A stretch of 64,000 bases of DNA. It comes from Octopus sinensis (Eukaryota). The notes beneath the pieces are model-generated. The model saw nothing but the letters and a program-made list of their open reading frames with translations. It was not told the DNA's origin and searched no databases. The stretch is from contig NC_043020.1 in the NCBI RefSeq assembly GCF_006345805.1, positions 620,001-684,000 of the forward strand. Direction: 5' to 3'. Of the stretch, positions 12,398 to 24,606 are shown in pieces. Made by a program: the position numbers and the translations under genes. How positions within the stretch are numbered: position 1 is the first letter of the stretch; every line of letters begins with the position of its first letter.

Positions 12398-13556
12398 TTC
12401 CACTCTTTAAAATAAATGGTTTCAAAATTTTTGCACAAGGCCAGCAATTTTAGGAGGAAGAAGGGTCTAGGTGCATCAACCCCAGTAACAGACTGGTATT
12501 TATTATATCATTTCCCAAAACATGAAAGGCAAAGTTGGTCTCTGTGTTATTTGAACTCAGCACATAAAGAGCTGGAAGAAATGACACCAGGCATTTAGTC
12601 TGACATGCTGACAATTTTACCAGTTTGTTGCCTCATTCTTCAAAATAATAATAATAATAATCAGTTTAGTGTTTATTTTTTTCTTTCCACCCCCATCCTG
12701 CCACCCACTCCATTCTTCTTGTATAATTTGGATTAGTCCAAAATATGCCACGTCTTCATTTCTTTTAATCCTACATCATTAAGTCTGTGAAAAGCCTCAA
12801 CAGATCTCACCACCCCCCCAACCTGAACCACTGCTTTCCAGGGCTTTATTAGTCTTCCACCTTCACAGTTATTTTCTATTGTGTTCTTAGAATATCAGCA
12901 GGTTTCCCCTTCTTAGCGTTCCATGTCCACGTCAACACAGCTGCGTCCTCCTCCGCTTGCTATACATGAACCACCTTCTGAACTCGGTTCTAATTAGCCT
13001 TTCATGTAAGTTAATTCTGCTGTGCATTTGTCTGTTGAATTGCTTTATGTTTCCTCCCTTTCATTCAATCACTTCATATATTTTCTGGCATAAAATGTAA
13101 CCAACGTTTCTGCCTTAACCAGATTTAATTACAGAAAAAAAGAACGGTGTGGCGTGGGAAGTGGTTCTGGTGTTTTTGCTTTTCACTTCAACAAAATATT
13201 TCCTCAGCTATCACTACTACCAATACAAAAAAAAACCCAAAAAACCAAAAAAGAAAAACCCTTATATCTTCAGGTTTCCTAAGAATATTTCAACTGATTC
13301 TCTTCCTGTATATCAAGCAATATATTACTGACTCTCAAACACATGTGCCACAGCCACAATTATTCTCTGCTCTTTTTCTCTCCGTTCTTTTTTTCTCTCT
13401 CCAATGAAAGACAAATTAGTCCCAAATTTCAAACATTCTTTCTTTGTTTCCAGCAATTACCTCTTACACCTGTTTTTATTTGATTTTATTATCATCATCT
13501 TATTATTCATTTGACTGTGCTGCTTCTGTAAAAATTATACAGTTGAATACATATAA

Positions 13557-13971
13557 TACTCTTTTACTCTTTTACTTGTTTCAGTCATTTGACTGCGGCC
13601 ATGCTGGAGCACCGCCTTTAGTCGAGCAAATCGACCTCGGGACTTATTCTTTGTAAGCCCAGTACTTATTCAATCGGTCTCTTTTGCCGAACCGCTAAGT
13701 GACAGGGACGTAAACACACCAGCATCGGTTGTCAGGCAATGCTAGGGGGACAAACACAGACTCACAAACATATACACATACATACATATACATATGTATA
13801 CATATATACATCAGGCTTCTTTCAGTTTCCGTCTACCAAATCCACTCATAAGGCTTTGGTCGGCCCAGGGCTACAGTAGAAGACACTTGCCCAAGATGCC
13901 ACGCAGTGGGACTGAACCTGGAACCATGTGGTTGGTTAGCAAGCTACTTACCACACAGCCACTCCTGCGCC
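13557..13971 (-). mobile_element. Family A SINE, full length
   Basis: Tail (tactcttt)x2 through head ...cagccactcctgcgcc. Confidence 0.92.
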
Positions 13972-14048
13972 TATATGTGTGTGTGTGTGTGTGTGTGTAT
14001 GTATATATATATATATAAATGCACATACATTTTTACACACACTCACAA

Positions 14049-14080
<32 letters not shown>

Positions 14081-14232
14081 ATGTGAAGATGCATGGCCTT
14101 TTGGTTTGGATGTTGCACTCACAATTGGAAACTCACGATTTTGATTCCTAGACTGGCAAACACTTCATGAATGGATACCATTCCTAATACAGAATGGACT
14201 GAATGCTTTTTCATGACACCAGTATATATATA

Positions 14233-14539
14233 TCTTTATATATAAAACTGAAGTTGTGTGTGTGTGTGTGTCTACTCCGATTTAGATTCCTAACTACTCC
14301 CACATTTTGCGGTGCAGTTTAACCAAAAGCGGGTATCTTATAGTCATGATTCATATCGAGCCCGTCTGGGTATTAGCGCACGTCTACGATGAGTCTACGA
14401 TTTAAAAAAAAATTTACCATCATTTTTCCGCATTTTTAATGCATTTTTTGCTCGGTTTATATATGGGAAGTAACTCTCTAAAAATGCTTATATAGTTATT
14501 TCCCTTACAAACCCGAGCAACGCCGGGCGATACTGCTAG
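14233..14539 (+). mobile_element. Non-autonomous Helitron (307 bp)
   Basis: 5' A|TCTTTATATATAAAA; 3' GC hairpin cccg-a-gc-aac-gc-cggg (14512-14527) ending 8 nt before CTAG|T; inserted between A and T with no TSD. Confidence 0.88.
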
Positions 14540-14959
14540 TATATATATATATATATATATATAGGAGATAAATAAAAATATATGCATACATACAAACATA
14601 TATGTACGTACCTACATCTACATGTATATATACATGCATATATAAATAATTATACGGGAGTACAGGACATCACAATAAGACGTAGAAACGGAAAAAGCCA
14701 AAAAACAAAAAACAAGAAAACGGAAAACGAAAAACAAGAAAACGAAAAACAAATACGAGCTACACAATATATATATATATATATATCATACCTGTTTCTG
14801 TCTTAATTCCTGATCTCTCTCTCTCTCTCCTGGTAACATTCTACTTCCTCTATAGCAAGACACCTGTTTCTGTCTCTCTGTTTCACTATACCCTTTCATC
14901 ATCCAACACAAGATCACCTCTGCCAATGCCCCCTCCCCCTTGAAAGATTTTTTTTTCCT

Positions 14960-15135
14960 TGCCTTGCAAGTACTTGGTGACCCTGTCAGTGCAGGTGCTA
15001 CTTAAAAGCACCCAGTCCACTCTGCTGAATGGTTGGTGTAAGGAAGGGCATCCAGCTGTAAAAATCCTGCCAAAACAGTCACAGAAGTTTCATGCAGGCT
15101 TCTGCTTAACAGGGTTCTTGTGAAACAATGATGAT
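14960..15135 (+). mobile_element. Family C variant (RTE-tail-like repeat)
   Basis: aaaagcacccagt...ggttggtgtaaggaagggcatccagctgtaaaa...aatgatgat. Confidence 0.65.
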
Positions 15136-15162
15136 ATATCTCTATATATATATATATGTATA

Positions 15163-15358
15163 TTATTGATAAAAATGGTAAGACAACAAAAGAAAGAAAG
15201 TGACCTTGATATTATGTAAATAGTAGGAATTTATCTGTAAATGTAATATGTGACAATTATTTGGTAACCATGATAAAACTCCGATTTCCACACCGGCATC
15301 CGAAACTCGGAGTTTTATCATGGTTAACGAATAATAGTCACATATTGCATTTACAGAT
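15163..15358. mobile_element. PLE-terminus-like repeat with fold-back inverted repeat (arms 15233-15288 / 15302-15358, 13-nt loop)
   Basis: Near-perfect inverted arms; the right arm begins GAAACTCGGAGTT (HHR stem III-like 3' half); the CUGANGA core is absent. Confidence 0.65.
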
Positions 15359-15382
15359 TTATATATATATATATATATATAT

Positions 15383-15514
15383 AATTGCAGCATGGAAGGT
15401 GTTTGTAAGCCATTTAAGAAACACACTAAATGGCTTACAAACACCTTCCACGCTGCAATTGTTTTCGTTCCAGCACACGATCTCAGATCAAATCACTTGC
15501 TATGCGAGTACATC
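15383..15514. repeat. Fold-back copy of the dispersed repeat also at 37852-37978 (arms 15383-15416 / 15427-15460)
   Basis: 34-bp arms with one mismatch and a 10-nt loop; the remainder matches 37852-37978 in reverse. Confidence 0.8.
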
Positions 15515-15896
15515 TCTCTCTCTCTATATATATATACACACATACATGCATAAGTATGTGTGACTAATATATATAATTGCACATGATTGCATATTTGCAG
15601 CTAGACCTCTTGAACCTCAGGAGTTGTTGTTTAGCTCTCGGGTCAGTCTTGATTGCCAACAGACCTATGATCAGTGGCATTCCACTAATGACCACCCCAT
15701 CTTTTTTTGTATAATAAACTACATTATCCAATGTATTCTTGTTTAATAACGGTGGAGTATGGTGTGAGAGGGCATTTGGTTGTTGTTTGTAGCTAGTTGT
15801 TTGATCGTTTCGTTGTATAGTGATTCTCTTGTTGGCTTAAAAGGAGAGTATCTTTGATAGGTGACAATATAAAGCAAACCGTATGTGAGAGTGTAT

Positions 15897-15944
<48 letters not shown>

Positions 15945-16494
15945 ATACTCATACACACACACATATAAGCAAAGACTTGTATTCATTCATTCACTACCTC
16001 ATTGCTCCCACTAGACAAGAAGCAAGTTGTAAAACGTAGCCTGCGACTCTATGGCAACAACCTTTACAATATATTCTGACATCTATAACATATCAACTTT
16101 GATGTCACTAAACAGAGAGAAAACAAAAAATCATTTCTTGCTTTCAGCTATCATTTTATATTCTTAGAATGATGTATATAACTCAGAATAAAATCCTCAA
16201 TAATACCATGTACGACACTCGAAATATCGAAGGCTTTTTGTTTGATGTGTAACCACCAAATCCAAAAAAAAAAAAAAGAAAGCAAAAAGGAAAGAAATTT
16301 GTTTTAAAATGAACAGCATCAGAGGTTTAATAATTGTTCGTTAAACAAATTTGCCAAAAATATGATCGTCTCTTCAACTGCACACATGCATAATAATATA
16401 TACACACACACACACATGTGCATAGACTCACATAGATACTGACATAGACTTATATTCATATTGACCTATAGAGACACTGACAAATTCATGTATA

Positions 16495-16561
<67 letters not shown>

Positions 16562-16843
16562 CTGTGTGTATGTATGCACACCTTCTTTTGCCCTCATGCA
16601 TGTTGACTCTCATGTTTGTTCAACTTGTCTCTATTCCTTACAATTTCTTTCATCAAAGAAACACGATGCAACAATCTTTATTAACCTTGTCTTGTTTATA
16701 TTTTTCACTTCGTTTAGACTAAATTAGGCTAATTTAAGTAATGGTGCTTTTGTTTGTTTTTGTTTTTTTAATCACATTTTTAGTTTTCCTAACGACAACT
16801 CATTTTTAACATTACCTCATATATGCTCAGAAGCCTATTATTA

Positions 16844-16881
<38 letters not shown>

Positions 16882-19289
16882 GGTTAATGAAAATAAGCTG
16901 TGGTGTGATGAGATATTTATGTTTAGTTATTCTTAGAGTTTCTAAATATCGATAAAATTTGTTGGTTGTTGAAACTATTGTACCAAAGATAGTTTAGACG
17001 AAGAAAAATTACCATTTAAACTTTCCCCAACTTTAATTTTTATTATCTGCTGTCAATTAATCTTTGTTGAATGCTAATGGTTTGTTAATTAAAGTTGAGA
17101 TTTGTGGCCCAATTTACTTTTGCGTCTTCCTTCGCGTCTGCTACCAATATGTATGTACCAAGTCAATTAGAATGCTTCTTTTCTTTTTTTCTTTTTTTCG
17201 CCTGTTGTTGTTTCATGATTTTGTGAACTGCACAAGTCTTGCAATTATTGTAATTCATTTAGAAGCTAAAAAAAAAAAAAAAAAAAAAATTAATTTGAGA
17301 AAGTCATCGAAATTTATTTACTATTTATCAAGTCTTTTAAAGAATGGTCCAGGAAATTTAGTGTGTCACTGTTCATTATTTACCGAATTTGTGATGGATG
17401 AAAATGTAGCCTGATTTCATTGATTTCTTCAAATGAAATTTGCCAGCAGTCAACAAAATATATTTTGTTCGTTAATTTTATAAAATATTACTGTTTGTTT
17501 TTATGCTTTTTTTGTTGCTTTTTTTGCCTCATTACTGTCAGGACAGGGCAAATTGCATTTTAATGCAATCTTTGTGTGGAAAGAGTTTAAAATTCAGCTG
17601 ACAAGACCAGCTTTCTTACAGATTAAATATTTCTGTTGATCTGCACTTTCATCTATCTAGAGATGATCTGAAATGGAATATTTATTGGTTGAAGTTTTCA
17701 AGTAAACAGTAAAGCCATTAAAAAAGAAATTTTAATTGAATCCGCTGGGAAAACAAGTTATCTCACACTTGTTTTTACGCTATTTTTCTTCCACTTTCGC
17801 AAAATTGGATCTGACATTTTTAAACACCATCGAAAATAAAATAAAACAGCTAAAAACATTAAGATATTAAGACGTGAAATTTTGTTTACTTTGAGAAATT
17901 ATTTAAATAAAAGCGGTCAGCTTTATGTATGCACGTCATTTATTTTTCTTTGACTTCGGTGTGCATAAAATGTATGTCACCGGTATTACAAAGTAGTATG
18001 TCCCTATTTTACAGTGCTTGCTTCCAACACTACACTGCTTGGTCCTTGGTTACCATTGGTGATATCCTCTCTTTTGCAAGCATTCTGGCCAAGTATCTGA
18101 GCTGTATATCACTCCCATCAGTAACAGAGTTCCTGAAAAGAGTCTTGGGTACTTCTCTTTCTGATTAAGGCATAAAAAAGAAAATCCTTAGGACCAGTGA
18201 CAACTCCAACAAAAGTGATTCCACTTGCATTAGAGGTGTCATCACAGTGAATATCATTACAAACCAAACCCTTAGAGAAAACTCTTTAGTATAGCTGGTG
18301 ACAAGGCTACCTCTTTAGTACTGGTGCGATGATAATGTTCATCCAGTACGTTCCATAAAGTTGTTGGCAAATAAATGGAGACTACATAGAGCAGAAAGAT
18401 CGTTTTAGCCCTGCTGATGATAAAGCAGCCTCTCTAGTGCTGGTGCCATGGTAATATTTCTCCACTCAAAAGGTGGTTGTCAAATAACTGAAGTAGATAA
18501 AGGGAATTATTTAATTTAGCCAAGAGTGAAACAACCTATCTAGAAAACAGTTGATAAATCAAGTAACAATAACATATTGGGAAAAATAATATTTTCCCCA
18601 TACAGGCATGGCTGTGTGGTAAGAAGCTTGCTAATGATCAGGCTAATCGTGGTTTTGTAAGGCTTCCACAAGCAGCCCTTGGAGGTCATTCACTTTTGGG
18701 GAATTTTCTCGTTTGAATTTTCTATTTCCTTACATTTGTTATTTCACTGTTTACATGCCTTCATGTAACCCCTCATCACGTTTATATTGTTATGTATCAT
18801 CCTGTACCATCCTTGCTCCTTATGTAAACTCGTTAATGGTTAATAAATAAACCATTATTATTATTATCATTATTATTATTAATACCTTTATTATTCACAT
18901 TTTGTGTAAAGATGCAACAATATAAGATATATGGAAATTATCTGAATAGTGACATTATGAAGCAGTGGGTGTTTAGTGTAGGTAGGTAGAGCGATGAATG
19001 TTTAATGCGTGTCCTTAGGACTTTCTGTGTGAATACAGCTTTTAGTTGGACTCCCAGTCTGGATTTGTTATGTAGTTAATGTATTATGTAAAAGAGACAG
19101 AAAGTGAAAAGGGAGAATTTCAGCAATAAATCACACAAACACGCGCAACCTCTATTTGTGGATGCGAAAGAGAGAGAGAGAGAGAGGGGGGGGGTGATTA
19201 CATTCATATTTTGTTATTAAAATATCTGTGATTATAAAATATAAATCAATTTTTTGTTTAATATATATATATAATTATTAGTTATCAAT

Positions 19290-19306
19290 GCGTGTGCGTG
19301 CATGCA

Positions 19307-19358
<52 letters not shown>

Positions 19359-19388
19359 TATATATACACACACATATATATATACATA

Positions 19389-19429
<41 letters not shown>

Positions 19430-19478
19430 ATATATATATGTATATATATATATATACATATATATATACATACATACA

Positions 19479-19527
<49 letters not shown>

Positions 19528-19536
19528 ATATATATG

Positions 19537-19567
<31 letters not shown>

Positions 19568-19637
19568 GTATATATATATATATATTATATATATATATAT
19601 AATATATATATATATATAATATATATATATATTATAT

Positions 19638-19674
<37 letters not shown>

Positions 19675-19675
19675 G
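19290..19675. repeat. Long compound (TA)n microsatellite
   Basis: Seen directly. Confidence 0.97.
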
Positions 19676-20324
19676 GGTGGAAATCCATCGAGAATCCCAT
19701 TGCATTGAATAACAGATTTGGCGGCAACAGTTGCCTTTTCAGAGGACGGGAATATAAACTGACAAGGCATCAGAAAGGCTAAATCAAATTATTCTGTTAA
19801 TGGATTCTTATTTATTTATTTATTTATTCATTCGACTGTTTGTTTGTTTGTTTGTTTTTGTTTGTTTTTGTTTTTGTTTGTTTTTATTTTTGTTCAGTGA
19901 ATCTATTTTCTTCAAGAATGGAATCTGACAAGAAATGAAATTTATAATCATTGTTGACAAGCTTTCAGATAATTCAATTATTTCATATGGCCTTTCATGG
20001 CAATCCTGAACACGTCTTAGCACTTAATAATAGCGTTTTCATACAAAGGTGTATATGTGTACGTGCACGCGCGTGCACACATATGTACACACGTGTGCAT
20101 GCGTGTGTGTGTGTGTGTGTGTGTGTGGTGTAGATCTGAGAGGGGTGGGTGGGCGGCAGCAGGGTGTGAAGTGAAAGAAGAGAGAAAGACAGTGCAGCAT
20201 TGAAGCGGGAAGGGAAAGATTTGACAGTTTGAGAGGAAAGTATTCCAGTGCTTAAATAAATTTAAGAAGGAAAGGAAAGGAAAGGATCTGACTGAATTCA
20301 GTTAAAAGTAGATAATGTAATAAA

Positions 20325-20560
20325 GGTGGTGGTGGCAGCGAGGATGGTGGTGGTGGTGGTGGTGGTGGTGGTAGTAGTGGTAGTGGTGATGGCAGTAGTA
20401 GTTGTGGTGGTGGTGATGGTGGTATTGACGATGATGGTGTGGGTGTTGATGACAATGGCAGTGGAGTCAGTGATGATGATGACGGTGGTATTGATTATAA
20501 TTATGAAGAGGTTGATACTGATAATTATAATAACAATAATAATTGATGATGATGATGATG
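20325..20560. repeat. (GGT/GAT/AAT)n trinucleotide low-complexity tract
   Basis: Seen directly; produces the poly-Val and poly-Pro ORFs. Confidence 0.9.
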
Positions 20561-21348
20561 ATTTTTTGATTTTTATTCTATTGTTACATAAGCAGAAAAT
20601 TGTTTGTTATTTTTTTTTTTTTTTTTTGGTGGGATGGAATTATAAGTTAGAGGAAAGGATTGACATAGGAAACTGGATGCTTGTGCAGTTTCTTAGAGAC
20701 AGTAGCAGCTGAGCGAAGTAATTATTGCAAATTAAAACTGGATTGGAAATGCTGCTTTTCACCAAAGAACTCGGTACCACATTTATAACACCCACAAAGA
20801 GAAGTGCCCTCATATGGCCATTCAACTTGCTAGAAATAGCAACCAACTTTCCCTTACATTATCAGCTAGCTACTGGTTTATGTAAAGAAAGGAGACCTCA
20901 AAGAAAATATAGTCTGTGTATAGAAATAAGAAAGACAGGATGGTCATGGCTGAAATGCTTTTGCTCATGATTCCAAGTCTGCATGGTCAGAGCTGACGGA
21001 GGGCTAAAGAAAATCTGACAGCCACAAAAAAAAACAACAGTGAGTAATAATCCTCTCTAATTTTAGGCATAAGGGGAGTAATTTTAAGGGGAAGGGAGTT
21101 GATTGATTGCATCAACCCCAGTATTCAACTGGTACTTCTTTTATTGAAACTGTAAAGATGAAAGGGTAAAGTCAACCTTGGTGATATTTGACCTGAGAAT
21201 GTAAAGACCTGAAAAAAAAATGCTCCTCAGCATTGTGTTTGGCATAGTTACAATTGCACCAGGTTACCACCTTGTCAAATGTAATGTTTTTTTTTACTTA
21301 CATTATTAATCATGCATTATCTCGTACTTTCAAGATTTCAATGATGTG

Positions 21349-21567
21349 CAGTTTTATATTTAAGAGACAAGGAATTATGTACATTATTTACATTTGACAG
21401 ATATTTGTCCTCATCTTGTTTGTTGTTAACACGTTTCGGCTGATATACCCTCCAGCCTTCATCAGGTGTATTGGGGGAATTTCAAATCTGGGTTCTCATT
21501 CCTAAGGTATTTTTCAAAATTATTATTATTATTATTATAATTCAGTCACTGCCTGGAATCGAACTTG

Positions 21568-21609
<42 letters not shown>

Positions 21610-21750
21610 CATCGAAAAATACCTTAGGAATGAGAACTCAGGTTTGAAATTTTCCCAAGACACCTGAAGAAGGCTGGAGGGTATATCAGCCGAAATGTTG
21701 TGTTAACAACAAACAAGATGAGGACAAATATCTGTCAAATGTAAATAATG
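21349..21750. mobile_element. Hammerhead-bearing fold-back element (arms about 21381-21515 / 21614-21751) with 12-bp TSD and Pol III B-box
   Basis: TSD TTCAATGATGTG at 21337-21348 and 21751-21762; B-box GTTCGATTCC on - strand at 21555-21564; HHR cores on - (21459-21465) and + (21664-21670). Confidence 0.85.
21659..21704 (+). ncRNA. Minimal type I hammerhead-like motif (PLE type)
   Basis: Stem I GACAC/GUGUU; core CUGAAGA plus extra A; stem II GGCUG-GAGGGUAUAU-CAGCC; GAAA; stem III AUGU (ACGU in the mirror copy, dimer-type); GUU triplet. Confidence 0.6.
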
Positions 21751-22102
21751 TTCAATGATGTGGTTGTTTATTTTTAGAATGACATTGTAGGGTAGGTACA
21801 AGAGGTTGGATCTGGTCAGTTTTAGTATAAAACACACGGAATATTTGGGCTGGTTATGGCTGGTTTAAACACTAAAGGGTTAATAACGAGTAATAATGAT
21901 GGTTGCTGAAGCTGTTGCATACATAGCAGCCAAATGTCCCTCAAATTACAGCCTACTGTCTTTTAAGAGCAAAGACAGGACACATTGTGAAAAAGCAACC
22001 TTCTTTAACCACGCAGCCATGCCTGCCCCTCACCGTGAATGAATACTCAAGCATCACATATTTTGTGACAACAGAAATTTCCATATGATAATAATAATAA
22101 TC

Positions 22103-22145
<43 letters not shown>

Positions 22146-22748
22146 TAATAATTGTTGGATAAACAGACTTTGTTCATGAAGAACTTTTTCTATGATAAAT
22201 AAATTATGATTTTTGCCTCTTTCATTTCTCTCTCTTTTTCTCCGTTTGTTGTCTCCTCCTCTTCCTTCTCCTCTCACTCTTTCACTCTGTCTCTTCTTCC
22301 GTCTTCTCCTCTCTATCTCTCGATGCTTTTCACATAATCTTAGTTTTTTTTTCTTCTTTTAATATTCATGTCAGTGAAAGTTGCCATCAGAGTAACTGCT
22401 TGTATATAAATTAAGTAATTCAATTTAAGTATATTATCTAATATTTTTAACATTTGTTTAATTAGATTTTCTTCTCTCACATGCTATTTACCCTAGTTTT
22501 TATTTTTTTAAACTTTTATTGTATTTATTGAGTTCTTTTTCTTTCATCAAAATATTTGTTATTTCTTTTTATTTTATCTTATTTTATTTTATTACTTTCT
22601 CAGTTTTTAAGTATGCCGGTGTGAGTGTCATCTTTTTCTCTCTTATTTCAATCTTTCAAAAAATGAATTATGATTTTTTTTTGTTTTTGTCATAGAGAAA
22701 ATTTTCAGTAGTTTTAGATATTTATCATTATTATTATTATTGTTATTG

Positions 22749-22802
<54 letters not shown>

Positions 22803-22803
<1 letters not shown>

Positions 22804-23035
22804 GGCAGTGAGTTGGCAAAATCATTAGCATGCCAGACAAAATGCTTAATGTCAATCCTTAGTGTTTCAAGTTCAAATTCCACCAAGCTCAACTTTGCCT
22901 TTCATCCTCTCGGGGTCGATAAATTAAGTACCAGTGAAACACTGGGGTCGATGTAATCAACTAGTCCCTTCCCCACAAATTTCAGTTCTTGTGCCTTTAG
23001 CAGAAAGGATTATTATTATTATTATTATTATTATT

Positions 23036-23088
<53 letters not shown>

Positions 23089-23460
23089 TATGGCAACAAG
23101 CTGGCAGAATTGTTAGCACATCAGACAAAATGTTTTGCAGCGTTTCTTTTACTTCTTTGCACACTGATTTCAAATTCTGGTCAACGTTGCCTTTTGTCCT
23201 TTCAGGACTTATAAAATGAGTACCAGTTGAGTACTGGCCTCAGGGTAATCCACTAGCTCTCCAGAAAGAAATTCCCAGCCTTTGCCTACAGTAGAAAGAA
23301 ATTATTAAATATGAAGCAATTATTTTTCGTAAACACTAGGGTGGTGGATTGGCAAGAGCCATGCAATATTTTCACTAATTCTTTTTATTCTGAGTTCAAA
23401 TCCTTCACAGGCCAACTTTGCTTTTCATCCCTCAAGGGTTGATAAAATAATTACCAATCA
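22803..23460 (+). mobile_element. Run of three family B SINE copies separated by (ATT)n/(ATC)n
   Basis: tggcagtgagttggcaaaatcattagc, tggcaacaagctggcagaattgttagc and ggattggcaagag heads, each with tcaaatt...tttcatcc. Confidence 0.8.
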
Positions 23461-23466
23461 CTGGGG

Positions 23467-23690
23467 TAGTGGATGCACATGGCTTAGTGGTTAGGGTGTT
23501 CAGATTCATGATTGTAAGATTGTGGTTTCAATTTCTGGACCAGGTGATGCATTTTGTTCTTGAGTAAAACACTTCATTTCACATCACTCCAGCCTACTCA
23601 GATGGTAAAAATTAGTAATCCTGCAACAGACCAGCATCCTGTCTAGGGAGGCATATATTTAGACCAGAGGAACCAGGAAATCAGCTCTTT
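23467..23690 (+). mobile_element. Family H SINE
   Basis: tggcttagtggttagggtg...gtttcaatttctgg...aaaacacttcatttcac...cagaccagcatcctgtctagggg. Confidence 0.7.
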
Positions 23691-24606
23691 ACTCCTTACA
23701 GAAAAACGTTGACGAATCAACCACTAGGGTTGATGTAATTAAATATGATACTCCAAACTTGAGGCCTTCTATCCACCCCTAGAAATCATTATTACTAAGT
23801 GTTATAAAGAGAGAAATAACCTTCTGCTATGTTGAGACTGACACTTGGCTAATCCTCTTGGGAAGGGTCACAAAGATCTCCATATCCCATTTCTTTCTTT
23901 TTCCCTAAAATATAGGTCCTTTGTGGTTGGTTACATTAAACCCTGATTCTAAAGGAAATCAGTTGTTGTTCTCATTCTTTTAAAGACTTGTAGAAATATC
24001 AGAACCAGTTGGCCACCGGACTAAGTGACTGATAAGATTTGTTCAACTAAGATGTATCTATAAGTTTGAAATAATGAGAATGTATGGTTTTTCTGTTGTA
24101 AGAAACCTTAGGGATTTACTTGCCATTATCTTGGAAACATGATGCTAGTATCAGGTGCCAGCATGGAAATATTTGTCACGATTTTGTGGATTGATCTTAA
24201 CTACCCGTACATACACACATGTTGCACATGAATATATACATGGGTATATGTGTACACATACACACATATGTGTATATTTGTGTTTGTCTTTTAGTTATAT
24301 ATAAATCAAACATCAAACTGAAGAGCTACTCAATGCTTTTAAATACCCTTTTACCAAGTTATAACAAAAGTTAGTGAAATATTTAAAATGTTTACAGTTG
24401 GATAGATAGACAAATATAACAAAATAATTTGATAAAAAATGTGAATTTTTTATTATTTTCTGAGATTTTACAAAAACAACAAAAATATTTTTTAATTGGT
24501 AAAAGTAGATGGGGGTTGACAGTGGCTTTAAAGTTTTGGCCTGCTTGCTTTTGTCCTTATACATACATACACACACATGCACACATACATACGGTCAGAC
24601 TGACAA

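Larger units (their letters stand above)
21270..21882. mobile_element. piggyBac-like MITE family D copy, interrupted by the 21349-21750 insertion
   Basis: Right end aaacactaaaggg|ttaa; body gaatgacattgtagggtagg matches 54496-54716 in reverse. Confidence 0.75.

Noticed and set aside
12700-13000. Possible decayed RTE RT C-terminus on the - strand (WF...EGGRLIKPW)
   Set aside because: Similarity is too fragmentary to support without a search.
13153-13160. CGTGGGAA Su(H)/CSL-type site
   Set aside because: A single 8-mer with no paired site or other support.
19232-19770. Many 60-157 aa ORFs rich in Y/I/V/C/H/T (also at 2.3-2.9, 29.5-30.2, 42.5-43.4, 44.5-45.0, 48.5-49.0 and 58.1-58.6 kb)
   Set aside because: Translations of TA/TG/CA/GATA microsatellites, which lack stops in some frames.
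19676-19790. 35-codon open frame in unique DNA after the TA tract
   Set aside because: No start context, acceptor or homology recognised.
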